NCBI RefSeq assembly: GCF_006345805.1
Contig: NC_042997.1
Coordinates: 166,904,001 to 166,968,000, forward strand
DNA length: 64,000 nt
Direction: 5' to 3'
Source of the DNA: Octopus sinensis
Taxonomy: Eukaryota
In this document: one piece after another, positions 10,866 to 23,705 of the stretch
How positions within the stretch are numbered: position 1 is the stretch's first letter
Layout of the letters: the number at the start of each line of letters is the position of its first letter
Program-made: the position numbers and the translations under genes
Notes under the pieces: model-generated
Told to the model about the DNA's origin: nothing
The model's input: the letters and a program-made list of their open reading frames with translations, nothing else
The model's database searches: none

Positions 10866-13121
10866 GTAAACACTTAAATTCCTGACTATATCAATTTGGA
10901 ACATGCTCAATTGATAAAGAAATGAAGGCATACAATTGTCAAAGGCAGGAGTAAAAATGTCTGTACTCTGATAGACATATTGATTTCTTTCGACTAAAAC
11001 ATTGCCCAGAAGGAGATGAAGAAATTGGTAAAGTATCTTGAAATGGAAATAAGCAGTATGTGTATTATAGGAGTGAAAATAGTTTCAAAAATAATTGGAA
11101 CACAAGGTATGATAAAACAAACCAATGAGAAAAGTATAATAGTAATGGCAGCGAAAACAAACTTACAAATAAGAAAATACAAAAACAAAGACAACCATGT
11201 CTACATGACACTTACAGTTCGATAGCACAATTTAAGCAGTACACATTCTGCACAGCACTTCTAACGTATGTCCTACACAATTTCCATCCAATAGTAATGT
11301 ATAAGGCACACATCCTACTTGCTACTAGAAACTCGCACAATTGTAACCTATTCAATTACCACCATTCAGGTGAAGACTAATTCAGTCCTCACTTTCTCAC
11401 TCAGGCGAAGCATACACGATAAGGGTCAAAACGCTTGTGACCCTAAGATACCTTTAAATTATATTGTATGGTTTCCTAAATTTTAATGGCTTTAGAAGAA
11501 AAACTTGTAAAACATCAGAGGGGCTCCAGCAGATTCTGCGTTGGCCTAAGTATCCCTGATGTTTACTTATGCCCATATACAAACCACCAATCATCACCCG
11601 ACATTAAAACACATAAAAACACAACTCACAGTACATACGAATTATAAGCGCCTCCCTACCCCACAAAAAGAAAAACAAAAATTAATAAATAAACACAGCT
11701 TACATTAAATATATTCTACATAACAGAAGAATCTCTAAACGTAACACTAGCAATATTAAAAGACACTCCACAACAGAACAGATATAGCATACGAACACAA
11801 CCGAGAAAAAAACAATGCTGCCAACACCGAGGAGCACAGAGACGCAACTGGTTGTGATGTACAACTCGTATGAAACTTATAATAATTATAATAACAGTGA
11901 TTTCGATATGCGACAACAGTGATTGCATATCTGCTGTAGGGTAGTTATGACACTTTATTCATGCTTGAACTAGTTCATTTCATTTCCTTTTCCTAATTAG
12001 AGTGAATAGACTGGTAAAGGAATATGTTTCATCGGTTAACTGTCGTTCAGGACACTACGTGAAGACGAAGACTTCGATGGTGATCCAATTTATTCAAATG
12101 TTAGAAAAATTAAATTAATAATATATGGTATGCAAAATATACAAAAATAAATTTAAACAAAAAGCTGAAATGAAAATGCATTTCTTTCTTGCATAATATT
12201 TCAAAATATTTATAAATTCTCCATATGGACATATGGCAAGTGTAGATAAATGCATCACTATAACCAATCGGTTGTAGAATTGTATCTAAAATGTAATATT
12301 TGACTAAGATGGGTGCCTTTTGTCAGACGGTTAAGTCTATGGTTTTTTTAGTATCAAAGACATCCACGAAGGATCGTCATCTCTACTGATTAATAGCCGC
12401 CGAAAATGATGATAAATCTATTGATAAGACTAGTGAGACTTTCACCTACATTGGTTGCACTTAGTAGGATACAGTATATGATGACTGATACATCAGTGGT
12501 TTATTTGATGCTCAAATGACTTCTGTATGGTATATAGGATGGAAAATGTGTGTATATAATTTATGAATAGATCAGAAAAAAAAAAAGGGATTCCAATCTG
12601 ACAACAGCATAAAAAGATCTTCCGTCCTATTTCCATGTAGCTAAAAATTCTGTTGATTCCGAACACTTACTACTCTAAACTCTAAGTTGGGTCATCCACT
12701 TCACGACAAATTAAACGAAGTCAAGCGCCCTCCAACACCATATTTTATAAAGCGTTACTACACTAAGATCGGTTTCTCCATTCTTTAGTGTGTTATAATA
12801 TTAAGTTTCAGCCCTCGGCATTTATAATTATATTTACCATACATCCATTGACGTAAGTGCTACCGTCACACCAAGCACGTGTTCTGGCCGATGTCTCAAA
12901 CAAGAACATATGAGAGGGCGATTCTCAGAACTGACCCATCATAAAGACTAACCAATTCTGTATGCATAACATAAAAAATACGATCTAGCTGTCCACAGAA
13001 ATAAAGACAGAAAATATTGCACAAGAAGGTGTTGGCGTCGACAGCTGGATGGGATAACTAACGATGATGACGGCTTCCTTACAGATGCTCCCTGAAGGGG
13101 AAAAAGAAGGCAAAAACTCAC

Positions 13122-13144
13122 CTTTTACTTTTGAAACTGCCGAT
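13122..13144 (-). CDS. Candidate 23-nt microexon (IGSFKSK or SAVSKVK)
   Basis: tttttatttttattttctttcag acceptor and AAG|gtgagt donor, both near consensus. Confidence 0.35.
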
Positions 13145-13204
13145 CTGAAAGAAAATAAAAATAAAAACGTTATCCTGAATGTTTGAAGAATAGAGATGAT
13201 ACAT

Positions 13205-13243
13205 AAATACGTATGCACATACATACATACATACATACATACA

Positions 13244-13276
<33 letters not shown>

Positions 13277-13549
13277 GCACACATGAATAGATACAAATAT
13301 AGATTTATGCATGTATGTGTACATATACAGACATATAATCATTCATACTAGCTACAAGAGATAGCTTTTGTACAAACCACGTACGCTTATGGTACACCAT
13401 CCATTCTAGCCATTGCTGTTACAATGAGAGATCGTCAACACGTTAGCTCGATTTGCTGGAAGTAGTACCCAGATCACCGTCAGATCACAATCTAACGTCT
13501 CAGAAAAGGACACGTTGGATAATGAGGTTCACTGTTGTGTGTGTGTGTG

Positions 13550-13581
<32 letters not shown>

Positions 13582-13770
13582 TGTATGTATGTATGTATGT
13601 ACGTACGTATGTATGTATGTATGTATTTATATATGTATGTGAGTGTGTATGTGAGTAAGTGTGTGTGTGTGTCTGTATGCGCATGTACATATATGCGCAC
13701 GCGCGTATGTGCACACTCACACACACACAGAAACACATATGCACGCATACACATACGAACCATTCCTGAT
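13205..13770. repeat. (CATA)n, (TATG)n and (TG)n microsatellites
   Basis: Arrays at about 13215-13272 and 13537-13630 with degenerate extensions. Confidence 0.93.
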
Positions 13771-14506
13771 CCAGAAGGCTCACGTTCAGTGCCGTCATAG
13801 TCATGACCATAACGACCAGTGCATCGAATATTTCCTTATCCAATTTATACTATACTTATCTTTTCTATTTAGTAGAGTGTTATGTAATTTGACGAATATT
13901 TCTCTACTATTTCTATCCGGTCGAGATACCACACAGATACCCACTAGTTGAGCCATGTTTCTCACATATTAGCTGCAGCTTTGAACTTTTAGACGTTCGA
14001 GTAGAATTTTAATGTCATCGACTTTAAAAGTTGAGGAGAGTATTCAAATATTATGAGCGTCATTTAAATATTCCCTTTCTCTCTATATATATATCTATCA
14101 CTCACTCACTTACTCTCACTCTCTCTATCTATTTATCTAATATGCACATGTACACCCAAACACACAGCTGCACGGTATTAGCGAACTGAAAGAAGGAATA
14201 ATGCTCAAAACTTGGAAGCATGATAATGGATACTTTAATGGAATTTAAATGAAGAACTGGGACCGATGGTTTCATGTTGTGATATTTGTCAAAAATCATT
14301 CAACCAGAAAATATAACATATCCTAAAATAGCCACCAATGATTAGTCAGCAATCCGTAAAATGATCCTTCAGGAAACTCCACTCCCTTTTCTCTGTATAT
14401 CAAAAGCATACATTAAAAAGTATTTACATATCTATTTCTCTCTCAGCTAGGCGTATTTAACTTTCTTTCAATCCTACTTATTCCTGTTATGCTGTGCATA
14501 AAATGT

Positions 14507-14820
14507 CACCGTCACCGTCACCATGACCGACCAGGCTATCAGATGTTGCTTCACATCGCTGGTCACAATGCGCTTCGCATTGATTTAGCCTTCAAATGAC
14601 GCCACCCCGCTGGCTATGCGAGCAGGCCAACAGAAGAAAGAGTGAGAGAAAGTAGTGGCGAAAGAGTACAGCAAGGATCGCCACCATCCCCTGCCGGAGC
14701 CTCGTGGAGCTTTAGGTGTTTTCGTTCAATAAACACTCACAACGCTCGGTCTGAGAATTGAAACCGCGATCCTACGACCGCGAGTCCGCTGCTCTAACCA
14801 CTGGGCCATTGCGCCTCCAC
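14507..14820 (-). mobile_element. Family C (OR1/OR2-like tRNA SINE), tail type 1
   Basis: Head and body shared with 31143-31542 and 53949-54289, different tail ending (gtgacg)n; TSD gcataaaatgt at 14496-14506 and 14821-14831. Confidence 0.92.
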
Positions 14821-15284
14821 GCATAAAATGTATATTGTTTAATTAATGCTGAGACATGCCGTCAAAATCAAAAACAAAGAAATTAAGTGATCCTATATGG
14901 TAATAACCTAATTTATTGCAACTTTATATAAGAGCCGATTATTCTATGGGAGAAAAAACCGGGTACCTCTTCTCTGAGGAGCAGTCCATAAGGAGACACC
15001 TCTCTGTTTATTTTTTATTTTTCCCGTCAAAAGCATAGAAGGAATATCTTTACTATCATTTTTTTCACAGCTAGACCATTTAATACTTAAGGTTATTTAA
15101 TTCCTTCTGATTCACGCTGAGTTAAACATAATATGCCATATATACATTTACACATACATAGAAAAATGTATGTATGTATGCACGCACGTAAACAACATAC
15201 TATATAGTGTCTCGACATGTGGCTTTATATTCCTGGTTATGAAAACAACAGATACAGTTAAGTAATATCGTTTATACATAAGTG

Positions 15285-15790
<506 letters not shown>

Positions 15791-16030
15791 AGACACAGGC
15801 AAATTGTACAGACAGAGTAACATTACGAGCTCCCACCATTCGCGCTGTCTTTACATATGTCCTCATTCTCAAGTACAGCACATGAAAAGGTCAGTTGTTA
15901 TAAGTCTGTGACAAAACTATCTACCTTGATATTTATACTGTAAGCAAAAAATTAGGAATTTCTTAAAAACATCTGCCCCTTTATCTGTCCTTTTATTATA
16001 TGTCTGTCAGAGTGTCTGTCCGTCTGTCTT

Positions 16031-16107
16031 TCTATGTAACTATCTGTCTCTATGTAACTATCGGTAGCTATCAGTCTATGTAACTATCAGTTCTATGTAA
16101 CTATCAG
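16031..16107. repeat. Short imperfect minisatellite (ctatgtaactatc, 4 copies)
   Basis: Motif repeated four times with short spacers. Confidence 0.8.
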
Positions 16108-18122
16108 TGGTCGTTATGTCTTATTGCATGGTCGATTGTATAGAAACTAAAAGTCAAACGTTGTTGGGACACATTATTCTTCTCCTCAAGACTGTCTTAT
16201 CTAATTTACCTATCATTTACCTTGATTCCATCTAGCAGCATCTTTGGAAACTGATAGCAAAGTCTTAATCAACCACGTCCAGTAACAATGACAAAGAAGT
16301 TATTTCGCTGTAGGAATGTCAGCTAGTTATGACCGTTTTGTCTGAGAGATATCTTCAGATACAGAAACTGATAAACAACGAAACTTATAGAGAATCAAAT
16401 AAGTTATATAGTGAGCTAAAAATGAGCTTTATTAAAAAGTATAATTAAAAGATGTAATATTGACAAATTACACGCGTTTTTGACGTACTAAATGAAGAAT
16501 GTTTTTGATGCAAAACGTGTTATTCTTTGTAATATACATACTGAACTTATTATTTTAAATTTTAGTAAACAGCGGTTCGCATCTATGGATGGGTTTAATT
16601 TTTAAATTCTTATATTTGAAGAAAGAGAGGTGTAATATTTAAGACATTCTTTTTGGTATTTGAAAAAAAAAAAATCATTTCAGTATTTGAAAATAAATCA
16701 CGAACTTATTTGTGTTAAAATGCAACTTTTAAGTGCTTCTTACTTCTGTATACACAATAAATGTACGGCCTGTTGTCTAGGTGTTTAGTCGTTTCATATG
16801 ATTTAGTACATCATTGCAAGACTGAACCCAGTAGTTCCTTGGAATACCTCTAATCATTTTAACTTCTCCAGATATATAAGAAGGTTGCAGTTGAACAATT
16901 ATACAGGGCTCAACAACTTGCTAGTTGGTTGTTAGATTTACTATAAGTTAGTTGGAACCCGAGTTTAGTTGTATCCAGGAAGTTGGCAAACATTAGACCG
17001 TCGTCCCTATAATTAGTAAAATATTGTCAGGTGGATAGAGTGTTTGATAATTGTGTGCATTTTTCAGGGATTTAACATTACATGGCTATAGATTATCAAT
17101 TGGTAACTCTAAGGTCAATCGACTGTGACACATGCACACGGTAATTAGCACTGCAAATTGAGTTAAAAGCCTAAAAGATCTGTAAAATAGATTCTGGCTT
17201 AGTTGTTTGATAGGGTTAATAAATAAATCTTCCTGTATTCCAGCTGTCACACAGAACCAATACTTGCTGACTTGTATAATGAGACTAACTAAACTTAAAG
17301 CTCTTAGACAACTTCCTGTCTCCTGCTGCGGTGCCTGTCGTTTGGTGGCTTAGTCTGTCTTAATTGAGTGATTAACGGATTTCTTTATAATTTATTATCT
17401 CATTTAATGACATTGATCCTTGAGATAAAGTTGAAGCCATAGAGAAGCTGAGGAAAATGAACTCAAGAGAGGGAATAATTGTTTTGGTTCAGTCAATTTG
17501 TTCATGGTTATTTTCAGACTAAAATGAACGAAGTTTTAATGTTTATGGTAATACGAAGACTTCGTGTTGTGTAGCAACAGCTGAGTGATAAGATACTAAA
17601 TCTGTGCATAGGATCGTTATTCGGATAATATCAATGGTGCTGTTAAATGTCCTAATGCAGAGAAGTGATTTTCTAGCTTAGAGACTAGAAATACACGCTT
17701 TATTAGCACATTGAAAATGTATCCTATATACCGTTTCATTATAAGATGTATATCTCTAAATAAGTTTGTAGTGACAAATCGAACGCAGATATATCTCCAT
17801 TCAGAGATTTCTGGTAATTCCTAGTTTACTTAACCATATTCCTCTATATCAATAGTTTGCATATTTTTCTGGTGGACACCAGAGTAGCAATTTTCTTTTA
17901 AACATTAAGATGATAAAATACCATTTACTACATTAAATGATATTAGATTAGATGAAAACCTATTCGATTACGAGTGATTAAATCTTTTTATGTGAACGAA
18001 GTGCGGTAGAAAAGTGGATTAATATTTTTTTTTCTCTGATAACCATCTATGTTGTTTTGGGTCACACTTGCAAACTCTAAAGTCAACCTAATTGTAAAGC
18101 TTCTCAATATTAGATTCTGAGA

Positions 18123-18210
18123 AAGGCGGCGAGGTGGCAGAAACATTAGCACGCCGGCCGAAATGCATAGCAGTATTTCGTCTGCCGTTACGCCCTGAGT
18201 TCAAATTCTA
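18123..18210 (+). mobile_element. Family A SINE, 5' head only
   Basis: aaggcggcgaggtggcagaaacattagc ... gagttcaaatt then stops. Confidence 0.85.
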
Positions 18211-18261
18211 AACATTCCACAAATGAATTAACAGAGCCTTAAATATGTTTCTTTGCATTAT

Positions 18262-18820
18262 TTTATTCTTTTATTTATTTCAGTTATTTGACTGTGGCCA
18301 TGCTGGAGCACCACCTTTCGTCAAACAAATCGACCCCAAGACTTGTTCTTTGTAAGCCTAGTACTTAGTCTATCGGTTTCTTTTGCCGAACTGCTAAGTT
18401 ACGGGGACATAAACACACCAGCATCGGTGTCAAGCGATGGTGGTGGGGACAAACACAGACACAGAAATACATACATACATATTTATTCTCTTCCTTTACT
18501 CTTTTACTCGTTTCAGTCATTTGACTGCAGCCATGCTGGAGCACCGCATTTTAGTCGCATAAATCGACCTCGACCTCAGGACTTATTCTATCGGTGTCTT
18601 TTGCTGAACCGCTAAGTTACAGAGATGTAAACACAATAACATCGGTTGTCAACGATGGTTGGAGGACAAACATAGACACACACACATATATATATATATA
18701 CGATGGGCTTCTTTCAGTTTCCGTCTACCAAATCCACACACAAGGCTTTGGTCAGCCCGAGACTACAGTAGCTGACACTTGCCATGAACTCGAAACCATG
18801 TAGTTGGGAAGCAAGCTTCT
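18262..18820 (-). mobile_element. Two adjacent family B SINEs (a 3' half plus a near-full copy whose head continues at 19237-19285)
   Basis: Two ccatgctggagcacc tails at about 18297 and 18531. Confidence 0.88.
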
Positions 18821-19236
18821 TATTTCTCTATTGCCCACAAAGGGCGAAACATAGAGGGGACAAATACGGACAGGCAAAGAGAATAAGTCGATCACATCGA
18901 CCCCAGTGCATAACTGGTACTTATTTTATCGACCCCGAAAGGATAAAAGGTAAAGTCGACCTCGACGGAAGTTGAACTCAGAACGTAACGGAAGACGAAA
19001 TACCTATTTCTTTACTACCCACAAGGGGCTAAACACAGAGAGGACAGACAAGGACAGACAAACGGATTAAGTCGATTATATCGACCCCAGTGCATAACTG
19101 GTACTTATTTACTCGACCCCGAAAGGATAAAAGGCAAAGTCGACCTCGACGGAATTTGAACTCAGAACGTAACGGAAGACGAAATACCACTAAGCATTTC
19201 GCCCGGCGCACTAACGTTTATGCCAGCTCGCCGCCT
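18821..19236 (-). mobile_element. Family A SINE dimer nested in a family B head
   Basis: Two units joined at gaaatag|gtatttcg; aagcaagcttctta duplicated on both sides. Confidence 0.93.
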
Positions 19237-19739
19237 GTGTGGCAAGAAAGCAAGCTTCTTACCACACAGCCACTCCCGCGCCTGTGCGTTTTTATTTTTT
19301 ATATGTATTGACAATTCGTAAACAAACTTCCAAAAATTCCAAAACGATATCCTATGTTGATTCTGTTAATCCCAAGTGGTCCTTGCTTTAGCAAATATAA
19401 TAACAAAAGTAGAGGCCATGTAGATGTTTGTGGGATGGGAGGCATAATATAAGACCATCCTATTCATAGTACTCTTTATGTTTCGTAAGACGATAGAGTA
19501 TGATTTGAGGAAGACTTGGTTGGTATTTCTAGCAAGTTATTCAACCGCGTCGAGTGTCTCACTGGTTTTAGATGCAATATTATAGTAGAATCGTACTTTC
19601 TTATCCAGGGTCGATAAAAATGTACCATTCAAAAAATGAGTTGATTTAATCAACTATATCATTCACCTAAATTAATGCATACTTCCATCTATGCATACAC
19701 ACACCTATATACATATATGTATGTATATATGAATACATA

Positions 19740-19810
19740 CGTATATACATACATACATACATACATACATACATACATACATACATACATACATACATAC
19801 ATAAATACAT
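19740..19810. repeat. (CATA)n microsatellite
   Basis: Perfect array. Confidence 0.95.
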
Positions 19811-20523
19811 GCATACATGAATGGTACTCGTATGTAGTGAAATACAGTGTATATCCCGTGGGGACTGGTAAATCCAACGTTTAGAACAGTCATTCTTCAG
19901 AGGAGAATTAAAGAGAGACGGCAAGAAAAAAGAGCGAAATATAAAAAAAAAACTTGGTTGCAACTGCTAAGGTAGACATAATTACAGGGGCTTCATGCAT
20001 GGACAGAAAGTAGTAGGAGAGAGAAATCGAGTGAGAAACGTAAAAGAAAGAGGAATGAAATGTGGAGGAGCGGCAAAGGTGAGAAAGAAGTGAAGAGAAA
20101 AGAATAAGGTGAGAAGGAGAGAGGAGAGTTGCAGGATAAGATTAAACTAAGAGAAGGTGTAAGATTAGAAGGGAAACGTGTTGCTGTAAATAGGTTAAAA
20201 TAGTATTTAAAATTACAGGAACCCGTTTTGGTTCAAATATTTTTCTCCTTAGTATATGGTATGATAAACAAGTATTTTCAAGATTGGTAAGCAAGATTGC
20301 ACTTGCAAAATGCTATGTGCCAGTGTACACTGCTACACTTCGAATATCTAAGATTTTGCGGAAAACAAGCAGATAGCAAATCGATCGTTCGCTTAATCAA
20401 TTTCGTTTCAATCGATGGGTATTCTCTAAATACCACTATATCACTGATATCTTCTTTAATAATACTCATTGAACACTTACTTGAATACATCGATACATTG
20501 CACTGATTTAAATGTGTAGTTTA

Positions 20524-21025
20524 CAGGCGTGACTATGCGGTAAGTAGCTTGCTTACCAACCACATTGTTCCGAGTTCAGTCTCATTGAGTGGCGTCTTGG
20601 GCAAGTGTCCTCCACTATAGCCTCGGTCCAACCAAAGCCTTGTAAGTGGATTTAGTAAACGAAAACTGAAAGAAGCCCTCGTATATATATATATATATAT
20701 ATATATGTACATAGAACAGACTGAGGAATTTGGTTTTACAACCAAATTTGCTCTAATGGAGGAATTATACGGAATAACCATTATTTTAAACTTGTCTTTT
20801 ATATGTGTGTGTGTGTTTGCACCTCCCTCCTGTGCCATCGCTTGACAACCGATACTGGTGTGTCTATACTACCGTGACTTAGCGGTTCGGCAAAAGAGAT
20901 CTGTTACATAAGTACTAAACTTAAGAAATAAGTCCTGGGGTCGATTTGTTCGATTAAAAACCCTTTAATATGGTGCTCCTGCTTGGCCGGAGTCAGATGA
21001 CTGAAACAAGTAAAAGAATTAAAAT
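20524..21025 (+). mobile_element. Family B SINE with ~95-bp foreign insert in its internal microsatellite
   Basis: tRNA-like head, cttgggcaagtgtc CORE-like segment, 3' half ending gactgaaacaagtaaaaga. Confidence 0.88.
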
Positions 21026-21063
21026 TAAAAACAAAATACACATACATACTTTCATACATTCAT

Positions 21064-21215
21064 AGGCGCAGGAGTGACTGTGTGGTAAGAAGCTTGGCTT
21101 CAAACCACATGGTTCCGGATTCAGTCCCACTGCGTGACACCTCGCCTTGTGAGTGGATTTGGTAGACGGAAACTGAAAGAAGCCCGTCGTACACACACAT
21201 ATATATAGATATACA

Positions 21216-21284
<69 letters not shown>

Positions 21285-21511
21285 TACATATATGTATATA
21301 TTTGCGTGTGTGTGTGTTTGTCCCCGCTCCATCGCTTGACAACCGATGGTAGCATGTTTACGTCCCCGCAATTTAGCGGTTCGCAAAAAAGCCCGACAGA
21401 ATAAGTATTAGGCTTACAAAGAATAAGTCCTGAGATCGATTTGTTCAACTAAAGGCGGTGCTCCAGCATGGCCACAGTCAAACTACTGAAGCAAGTAAAA
21501 GAATAAAAGAA
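21064..21511 (+). mobile_element. Family B SINE, full length (tRNA head, CORE-like block, TA/TG microsatellite, 3' body and tail)
   Basis: Best-preserved copy in the window. Confidence 0.93.
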
Positions 21512-22699
21512 TATATATATATATATATATATACTTGTAAATATATATACTTGTAAATATATATGCAAATGTTCATATATACATCTATACATATATGTAT
21601 TATATATATATATATATGTATATGTGTATATATCCTACATGCACACACACATGCATACATACATACATACATACATACATACATACATACATACATACAT
21701 ACATACATACATACATACATACATACATACATACTTATGTCTACATGTGCATGTGTGTATGAATATATGTGAGTGCTTTTAGTTTTCGAAACTATCGTAG
21801 TATGTAGTATATTCATGCTGTTTTCATATTAGTATCCGGTGTGTACTAATGTGAGGAGGTGGAGGATGAGATGTCAGTGTTCGACAGTAAAAGCACTATG
21901 AAAAATAAATATAAGACTTCAGTTAATACGCATTCGTACAAATTATACACACACACACACTGCACATAAAAATACATATAGAAATATGTAGGAAAGGATA
22001 TGTAAAATATATTTTCTTTAATGTATATACTCTGATTTTAAACACGCACACACATTCTCTCTCTCTCCTACACGTACATACGCACACAACATTTATGTAT
22101 GTGTGAATGTATTTATGTATGCTTATATTTAAGTATTGTATTAATTTTCATAAAGTATTTCGTTGATGTTTTTCCGTCTGTTTCTAAGTTATGTAATATC
22201 TATTAAAGAAGGACGAACCAGATTTCTGGAAGGCGGCTTAGAGTCAGACTAATGACATTAACATCTATAATTTGCTATTCTATGTTTGAACACATAAACA
22301 GAGAAAAGTATTAAGGACGTTTTAGCTTGCGAACAATTTCTTCTTGTTTACATATTGCCGCTGTTTTTGGTGGTGGTGGTTATATCATGCTGTTGAAGCT
22401 GTTGTTCTTGCTTCTCTTGTGGCTATCATTTCTGTCGGTAATTCTGATATATTTGTAACAGTTTAATACCAAGTCGGTTCCTACTGAGAAGAGCTACGGT
22501 CAAAGGCTTTACAAACATAATCTAGTCGTTTTTATTCAGTAGTTTCCTTCTTTAAGACGGTAGAGTTTGCTTGAAAGGATAGTTAACTGTTACTGTTAAG
22601 AGTTAAGAAGCCACGTAGAGTATTTCCTATTCGCCTTAGTACGGTTTAATGTGCGAAAATAGCAGCGGACTGGGATAAACAGCTTTCTTTGTTCGTCAG

Positions 22700-22752
22700 T
22701 GGCTCCAGAATGGCGCGTCGCGTTACTTTGGTTTGCTGCAAGATGTCGCGAG
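22700..22752 (+). CDS. Candidate CpG-rich exon (WLQNGASRYFGLLQDVA, or first exon with ATG at 22710 or 22743)
   Basis: ctttctttgttcgtcag acceptor and GAG|gtgagt donor; all three frames open. Confidence 0.45.
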
Positions 22753-22769
22753 GTGAGTACCAATAATAA

Positions 22770-22976
22770 ATCTTTCAGCTATAGGCACAAGGCCTGAAAT
22801 TTAGGGGGGAAGTGGGCAAGTCGATTACATCGACTCCAATACTTGACTGGTATTTATTTTATCAAACCCACAACGCCGATGGCAAATTTGATCTTGGCGG
22901 CATTTGAACTCAAAACGTAAAGCCAGAAGAAAAATCGCAAAGCATTTTATCCAGGACTTTGCCAGCTCGTCGCCTT
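22770..22976 (-). mobile_element. Old family A SINE with old-type tail
   Basis: Diverged core plus aggcacaaggcctgaaatt tail. Confidence 0.8.
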
Positions 22977-23043
22977 GAGCCTCAGTAATAATAAATTTAT
23001 ACAGTTTAAATACAAAGTGAAATATAAAGGTTTAATATAAAAG

Positions 23044-23276
23044 AAGGTACGAGCTGGCAGAATCGATAGCACGCCGGGCGAAATGCGTAGCCGTATTTCG
23101 TCTGCCGTTACGTTCTGAGTTCAAATTCCGCCGTGGTCGACTTTGCCTTTCATCCTTTCGGGGTCGATAAATTAAGTAGCAGTTACGCAATGGGGTCGAT
23201 GTAATCGACTTAATCCGTTTGTCTCTCCTTGTTTGTCCCCTCAACGTTTAGTCCCTTTTGGGTAACAAAGAAACAC
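23044..23276 (+). mobile_element. Family A SINE monomer
   Basis: 20-bp TSD ataaaggtttaatataaaag at 23024-23043 and 23277-23296. Confidence 0.96.
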
Positions 23277-23489
23277 ATAAAGGTTTAATATAAAAGGAAG
23301 TATAATTATAATCGTGTCATCTAAACAAAACTCAAAGTGAAAAATGATATTGTACTTCGAGCCTTCCCAGTAATTCCCAGTCATTTGTGTTCAAATATAT
23401 TATTGGCAAAAATTTATTATCTTCTTAAGAGCAAACATTGCAGAGAATTTTTTAATCTGAATTTGTACGTTCCTCAAAAGCAATTAGGA

Positions 23490-23705
23490 TTAATATTGGT
23501 TTCAAATTTTAGCAGAAGGTCAGCAAGTTTAGGGAAGGGAGTAAGTCAATTACATCGACCTCTGTAATTAACTGGTACTTATTTTATCGATCCCGAGAGA
23601 TGAAAAATCAAGTTGGCTAACCTCCCCACAAGAACGTGAAGACGGACGAAATACCGTAAAGGATTTTGCCCGGCGTGTTAACGATTCTGCCAGTTCACCG
23701 CCCAT
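23490..23705 (-). mobile_element. Old family A SINE
   Basis: aactggtacttattttatcgatcccg core and diverged head. Confidence 0.78.

Noticed and set aside
13092-13121. GT-AG interval after the microexon candidate
   Set aside because: Only 30 nt, too short for a typical spliceosomal intron.
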